DNA from: Nitrospinaceae bacterium
Lineage (GTDB): Bacteria; Nitrospinota; Nitrospinia; Nitrospinales; Nitrospinaceae
DNA length: 64,000 nucleotides
Direction of reading: 5' to 3'
NCBI GenBank assembly: GCA_965223665.1
Contig: OZ245011.1
Span: forward strand, 1,248,001-1,312,000
The notes under the pieces are model-generated. The model did no database searches. It was not told the DNA's origin and worked only from the letters and a program-made list of their open reading frames with translations. Positions within the stretch are counted from its first letter, which is position 1. Each line of letters opens with the position of its first letter. A program made the translations under genes and the position numbers. Positions 62,659-64,000 of this stretch are shown here, piece by piece.

Positions 62659-63956
62659 AGAATAATTTCGAAGCGTAATCCCAAAAACAAAACATCTTCA
62701 AAGTTTGGGTTGAGCCCCGGGTTAAGGAACCATTGCAAATCGGGTTGAATGGAGAGCCAAGGCTCTAAGACAAATTCATATGTGAGCTCCATCACAATTT
62801 CCTCGTTTTCCAATGGGGCACCTGCCTGACGACTGGCTTTTAATAGAGAGTCGCCAGCCCAACCGGATGAAATAGCAAGACCTGCGCGATCTTTATTCCT
62901 AAAAGAAAAAAGTCCTGTATAAACTATGCCTCCCGAAATATTAAGATCAAACCTGGCTGAATTTGTATCTGCATTCCCCACACGAAAAAAAACATCTAGA
63001 CCCTGGTCGGAGTTTTTACTTTCTGAATAAAGCCTTAAATCAAAAAAACCATAAACTCCATATCGTCCACGCTTTAAAATGGGATTTCCACTTGTATCCC
63101 GTAAGAATCGGTCTGGAATATTAGTACTATATATCCATGCACCTATACCAATGTGGAATCGTGGGAACTGAGACCCTTTTGTTTTATATCCCATTTCATT
63201 GGCAAATAACAATCCGTCATCCTGGTCCAACACCACTTGAGTTCCATGGGGATTATCCGGATCACCTGGAATTCCATCTACGATTGCGGATTGAATATAA
63301 AATTTACCTAATTCTAGTTTGAATCTAACACCTAAAGCACTAACAGCATAAATAGCCGGACCTTGAACCGTTGCATCCGACAAATCCAGCCCCGTTCCAA
63401 AAACTCCGTTGACAAAAAAGTTTGCCGTTTCTTTAAAGTCAAACTCAGTATCCAGAGAATAAAGACCCAATTTAATTGAAAATGAATTGCTAAAAAGAAA
63501 TTGTTCTAACCAAGCTTCAAAAAGCTTGGCTGTATCTGTTGCCTCAAGGTTACTAACCGTTTGACTTGTTTGTATGGACACAGAAGGATCTGTACTAAAA
63601 GTAGCAAATCCCAGAAATAAAAAATGGGCTCCTTTCCAACCCATTAGTTTTTCAGCATTGATATTCAACTCACCATGTATGTATCCAGTAAAATCGCCTC
63701 TCCGCTTTTGGTTCCCAAAAAAGTTAGCAAAAGTATCTCCATATATTTCAATAAGAAAATCAAACCCTTGATCGTGAAGCCAGGTTCGATTTCCATCCCA
63801 ATTTCCTGTCAGCGTTTCTTGGGTATAGTACTCTCTGGGAAGAGGCTCACGGGGATCCAACCTATGCGCATCCACAACTTCAACCGAGTAGAACGTTAGA
63901 TTTGCATGTAGAAATAATAAGAAATAGAAAAATTTGGGGAGGATGAAATGCCTCAT
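62655..63956 (-). CDS. Carbohydrate-selective porin, OprB family
   Basis: LTGNWDG.R..L...G, LFEAWLEQ, ELTY....PWLSIQPDLQ...NPG. Confidence 0.9.
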   Translation of the reverse strand: MRHFILPKFFYFLLFLHANLTFYSVEVVDAHRLDPREPLPREYYTQETLTGNWDGNRTWLHDQGFDFLIEIYGDTFANFFGNQKRRGDFTGYIHGELNINAEKLMGWKGAHFLFLGFATFSTDPSVSIQTSQTVSNLEATDTAKLFEAWLEQFLFSNSFSIKLGLYSLDTEFDFKETANFFVNGVFGTGLDLSDATVQGPAIYAVSALGVRFKLELGKFYIQSAIVDGIPGDPDNPHGTQVVLDQDDGLLFANEMGYKTKGSQFPRFHIGIGAWIYSTNIPDRFLRDTSGNPILKRGRYGVYGFFDLRLYSESKNSDQGLDVFFRVGNADTNSARFDLNISGGIVYTGLFSFRNKDRAGLAISSGWAGDSLLKASRQAGAPLENEEIVMELTYEFVLEPWLSIQPDLQWFLNPGLNPNFEDVLFLGLRFEIIL

Positions 63957-64000
63957 CTTTTCATTCTAACTCATTGATTTTTCAAAATAAAACTTGAAAC

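Noticed and set aside
1443-63899. Remaining short ORFs overlapping longer annotated genes
   Set aside because: Antisense or out-of-frame to well-supported genes, with no motifs

Overview
AT-rich bacterial chromosomal window of about 50 genes. I found no rRNA, tRNA, CRISPR array or recognisable mobile element. ATP-citrate lyase genes (reductive TCA cycle), an Ahb/NirJ-type radical SAM enzyme and the overall gene set suggest an autotrophic Gram-negative organism, plausibly Nitrospinota (inference only). Main blocks are: housekeeping genes (rnd, tsaB, fxsA, ispB-like, manC, comM); a methyltransferase/flavin oxidoreductase pair; a giant secreted CotH-kinase/F-type-lectin protein whose 828-bp tandem repeat is broken by a 52-bp deletion cluster (probably an assembly artefact); a type II secretion operon ending in an SH3-containing lipoprotein secretin; a sulfur-carrier (ThiS/MoaD-MoeB) cysteine/threonine-synthase operon lacking a JAMM peptidase; aclB with an unusually long 901-aa aclA; and a 1762-aa repetitive acidic surface protein. 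The best candidate for an uncharacterised system is a translationally coupled two-gene unit: an ATP-grasp ligase fused to a Cys-motif FMN alpha-hydroxy-acid dehydrogenase, followed by an HpcH/CitE-like aldolase. All product calls come from motif recognition; no database searches were run.
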